From NCBI RefSeq assembly GCF_963921235.1, contig NC_086097.1:4092001-4156000 (forward strand): DNA of 64,000 bases. The letters are read 5' to 3'. Shown here piece after piece: positions 61,090 through 64,000 of the stretch. A program made the position numbers and the translations under genes. Under the pieces are notes generated by a model. It saw nothing but the letters and a program-made list of their open reading frames with translations, was not told the DNA's origin and made no database searches. Each line of letters opens with the position of its first letter. The first letter of the stretch is position 1. This DNA is from Mobula hypostoma (taxonomy: Eukaryota).

Positions 61090-63415
61090 CGCACCTGCCA
61101 TCACTTATAACCATATAACAATTACAGCACGGAAACAGGCCATCTCGGCCCTTCTACTCCATGCCGAATGCTTACTCTCACCTAGTCCCACCGACCTGCA
61201 CTCAGCCCATAACCCTCCATTCCTTTCCTGTCCATATAGCTATCCAATTTAACTTTAAATGACAACATCGAACCTGCCTCAACCACTTCTGCTGGAAGCT
61301 CGTTCCACACAGCTACCACCCTCTGAGTAAAGAAGTCCCCCCTCATGTCACCCCTAAACTTTTGCCCTTTAACTCTCAACTCATGTCCTCTTGTTTGAAT
61401 CTCCCCCACTCTCAATGGAAAAAGCCTATCCATGTCAACTCTACCTATCCCCCTCATAATTTTAAATACCTCTATCAAGTCCCCCCCAACCTTCTACAAT
61501 CCAAAGAATAAAGACCCAACTTGTTCAACCTTTCTCTGTAGCTTAGGTGATGAAACCCAAGTAACATTCTAGTAAATCTTCTCTGTACTCTCTCTATTTT
61601 GCTGACATCTTTCCAGTAGTTTGGTGACCAGATCTGTACATAATACTCCAAATTTGGCCTTACCAATGCCTTGTACGATTTCAACATTACATCCCAACAC
61701 CTATACTCAATGCTCTGATTTATAAAGGCCAGCAAACAAAAGTTTTCTTCACCACCCTATCCACATGAGATTCCACCTTCAGGGAACTATGCACCATTAT
61801 TCCTAGATCCCTCTCTTCTACTGCATTCTTCAGTGCCCTACTATTTACCATGTATGTCCTATTTTGATTAGTCCTACCAAGATGTAGCACCTCACATTTA
61901 TCGGCATTAAACTCCATCTGTCATCTTTCAGCCCACTCTTCTAATTGGCCTAAATCTCTCTGCAAGCTTTGAAAACCTACTTCATTATCCATAACTCCAC
62001 CTATCTCAGTATCATCTGCATACTTACTAATCCAATTTACCACCCCATCATCCAGATCATTAATGTATATGACAAACAACATTGGACCCGGTACAGATCC
62101 CTGAGGTACACCACTAGTCCCCGGCCTCCAATCTGACAAACAGTTATTCACCACTACTCTCTGGCGTCTCCCATCCAGCCACTGCTGAATCCATTTTACT
62201 ACTTCAATATTAATACCAAACGATTGATCCTCCCTAACTAACCTTCCATGTGGAACCTTGTCAAAGGCCTTACTGAAGTCCATATAGACAACATCTATCG
62301 CTTTACCCTTGTCAACTTTCCTAGTAACCTCTTCAAAAAATTCAATAACATTTGTCAAACATGACCTTCCACGCACAAATCCATGTTGACTGTTCCTAAT
62401 CAGGCCCTGTCTATCCAGATGATTATGTATACCATCTCTAAGAATACTTTCCATCAATTTACCCACCACTGACGTCAAACTCACAGGCCGATAATTGCTA
62501 CGTTTACTCTTAGAACTCTTTTTAAACAATGGAACCACATGAGCAATACGCCAATTCTCTGGCACCATCCCCGTATCTGATGACATTTGAAATATTTCTG
62601 TCAGAGCCCCTGCTATTTCCACACCAACTTCCCTGAAGGTCCTAGGGAATATCCTGTCAGGACCCGGAGACTTATCCACTTTTATATTCCTTAAGAGCGC
62701 CAGTACTTCCTCTTCTTTAATCATCATAGATTCCATAACTTCCCTACCTGTTTCCCTTACCTTACATAATTCAATATCCTTCTCCTTAGTGAATACTGAA
62801 GAAAATAAATTGTTCAGAATCTGCCCCATCTCTTTTGGCTCCACACATAGCTGTCCACTCTGATTCTCTAAGGGACCAATTTTATCCCTCACTATTCTTT
62901 TGCTATTAATATAACGGTAGAAACCCTTGGGATTTATTTTCACCTTACTTGCCAAAACAACCTCATATCTTCTTTTAGCTTTTCTAATTTCTTTCTTAAG
63001 ATTCTTTTTACATTCTTTATATTCCTCGGACACCTCATTTACCCCAAACTGCCTATATTTATTGTAGATATCTCTCTTTTTCCGAACCAAGTTTCCAATA
63101 TCCCTTGAAAACCATGGCTCTCTCAAACTTTTAACCTTTCCTTTCAACCTAACAGGAACATAATGATTCTGTACTCTCAAAATTTCACCTTTAAATGACC
63201 TCCATTTCTCTATTACAGCCTTCCCATAAAACAAATTGTCCCAATCCACTCCTTCTAAATCCTTTCACAGCTCCTTAAAGTTAGCCTTTCTCCAATCAAA
63301 AATCTCAACCCTCAGTCCAGACCTATCCTTTTCCATAATTATATTGAAACTAATGGTATGTGATCACTGGACCTAAAGTGCTCCCCAACACATACCTCCG
63401 TCACCTGACCTATCT
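61090..63415 (-). mobile_element. CR1 ORF2 (APE end to 3' tail)
   Basis: 442-aa ORF 61921-63249 with RT motifs plus downstream fragments. Confidence 0.92.
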
Positions 63416-64000
63416 CATAGAAACATAGAAACATAGAAAATAGGTGCAGGAGTAGGCCATTCGGCCCTTCGAGCCTGCACCGCCATTTATTATGATCATG
63501 GCTGATCATCCAACTCAGAACCCCGCCCCAGCCTTCCCTCCATACCCCCTGACCCCTGTAGCCACAAGGGCCATATCTAACTCCCTCTTAAACATAGCCA
63601 ATGAACTGGCCTCAACAGTTTGCTGTGGCAGAGAATTCCACAGATTCACCACTCTCTGTGTGAAGAAGTTTTTCCTAATCTCGGTCCTAAAAGGCTTCCC
63701 CTCTATCCTCAAACTGTGACCCCTCGTTCTGGACTTCCCCAACATCGGGAACAATCTTCCTGCATCTAGCCTGTCCAATCCCTTTAGGATCTTATACGTT
63801 TCAATCAGATCCCCCCTCAATCTTCTAAATTCCAACGAGTACAAGCCCAGTTCATCCAGTCTTTCTTCATATGAAAGTCCTGCCATCCCAGGAATCAATC
63901 TAGTGAACCTTCTTTGTACTCCCTCTATGGCAAAGATGTCTTTCCTCAGATTAGGGGACCAAAACTGCACACAATACTCCAGGTGTGGTCTCACCAAGGC
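63416..64000 (-). mobile_element. Young CR1 3' end, running out of the window
   Basis: Open ORF 63515-63997; (CATAGAAA)n tail at 63416-63438. Confidence 0.92.

Overview
This is eukaryotic intronic DNA, almost entirely nested retroelements. The HE1/V-SINE and CR1/Rex1/Penelope repertoire suggests a cartilaginous fish, probably a ray or shark (inference). One host exon is recognisable: a 103-bp + strand exon of PPP4R4 (58194-58296), so the rest of the window is PPP4R4 intron. Elements include CR1 LINEs (some with an SGNH-esterase ORF1), Rex1/Babar LINEs, RTE and HERO fragments, tRNA-derived SINEs, a near-intact Penelope-like element, and many Penelope terminal repeats with minimal hammerhead-ribozyme motifs, often as inverted pairs. 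The most striking object is a 4.46-kb Gypsy LTR element (17955-22410) with LTRs, PBS, PPT and a 5-bp TSD. Its RT/RNaseH/integrase region is replaced by an intronless SUDS3 cDNA fused in frame to the element's protease. A ~950-bp antisense, intronless RNF213 RING-domain fragment is inserted in that cDNA. This copy is now pseudogenised. All assignments are by eye and from recalled protein sequences; no searches were run, and most repeat boundaries are approximate.
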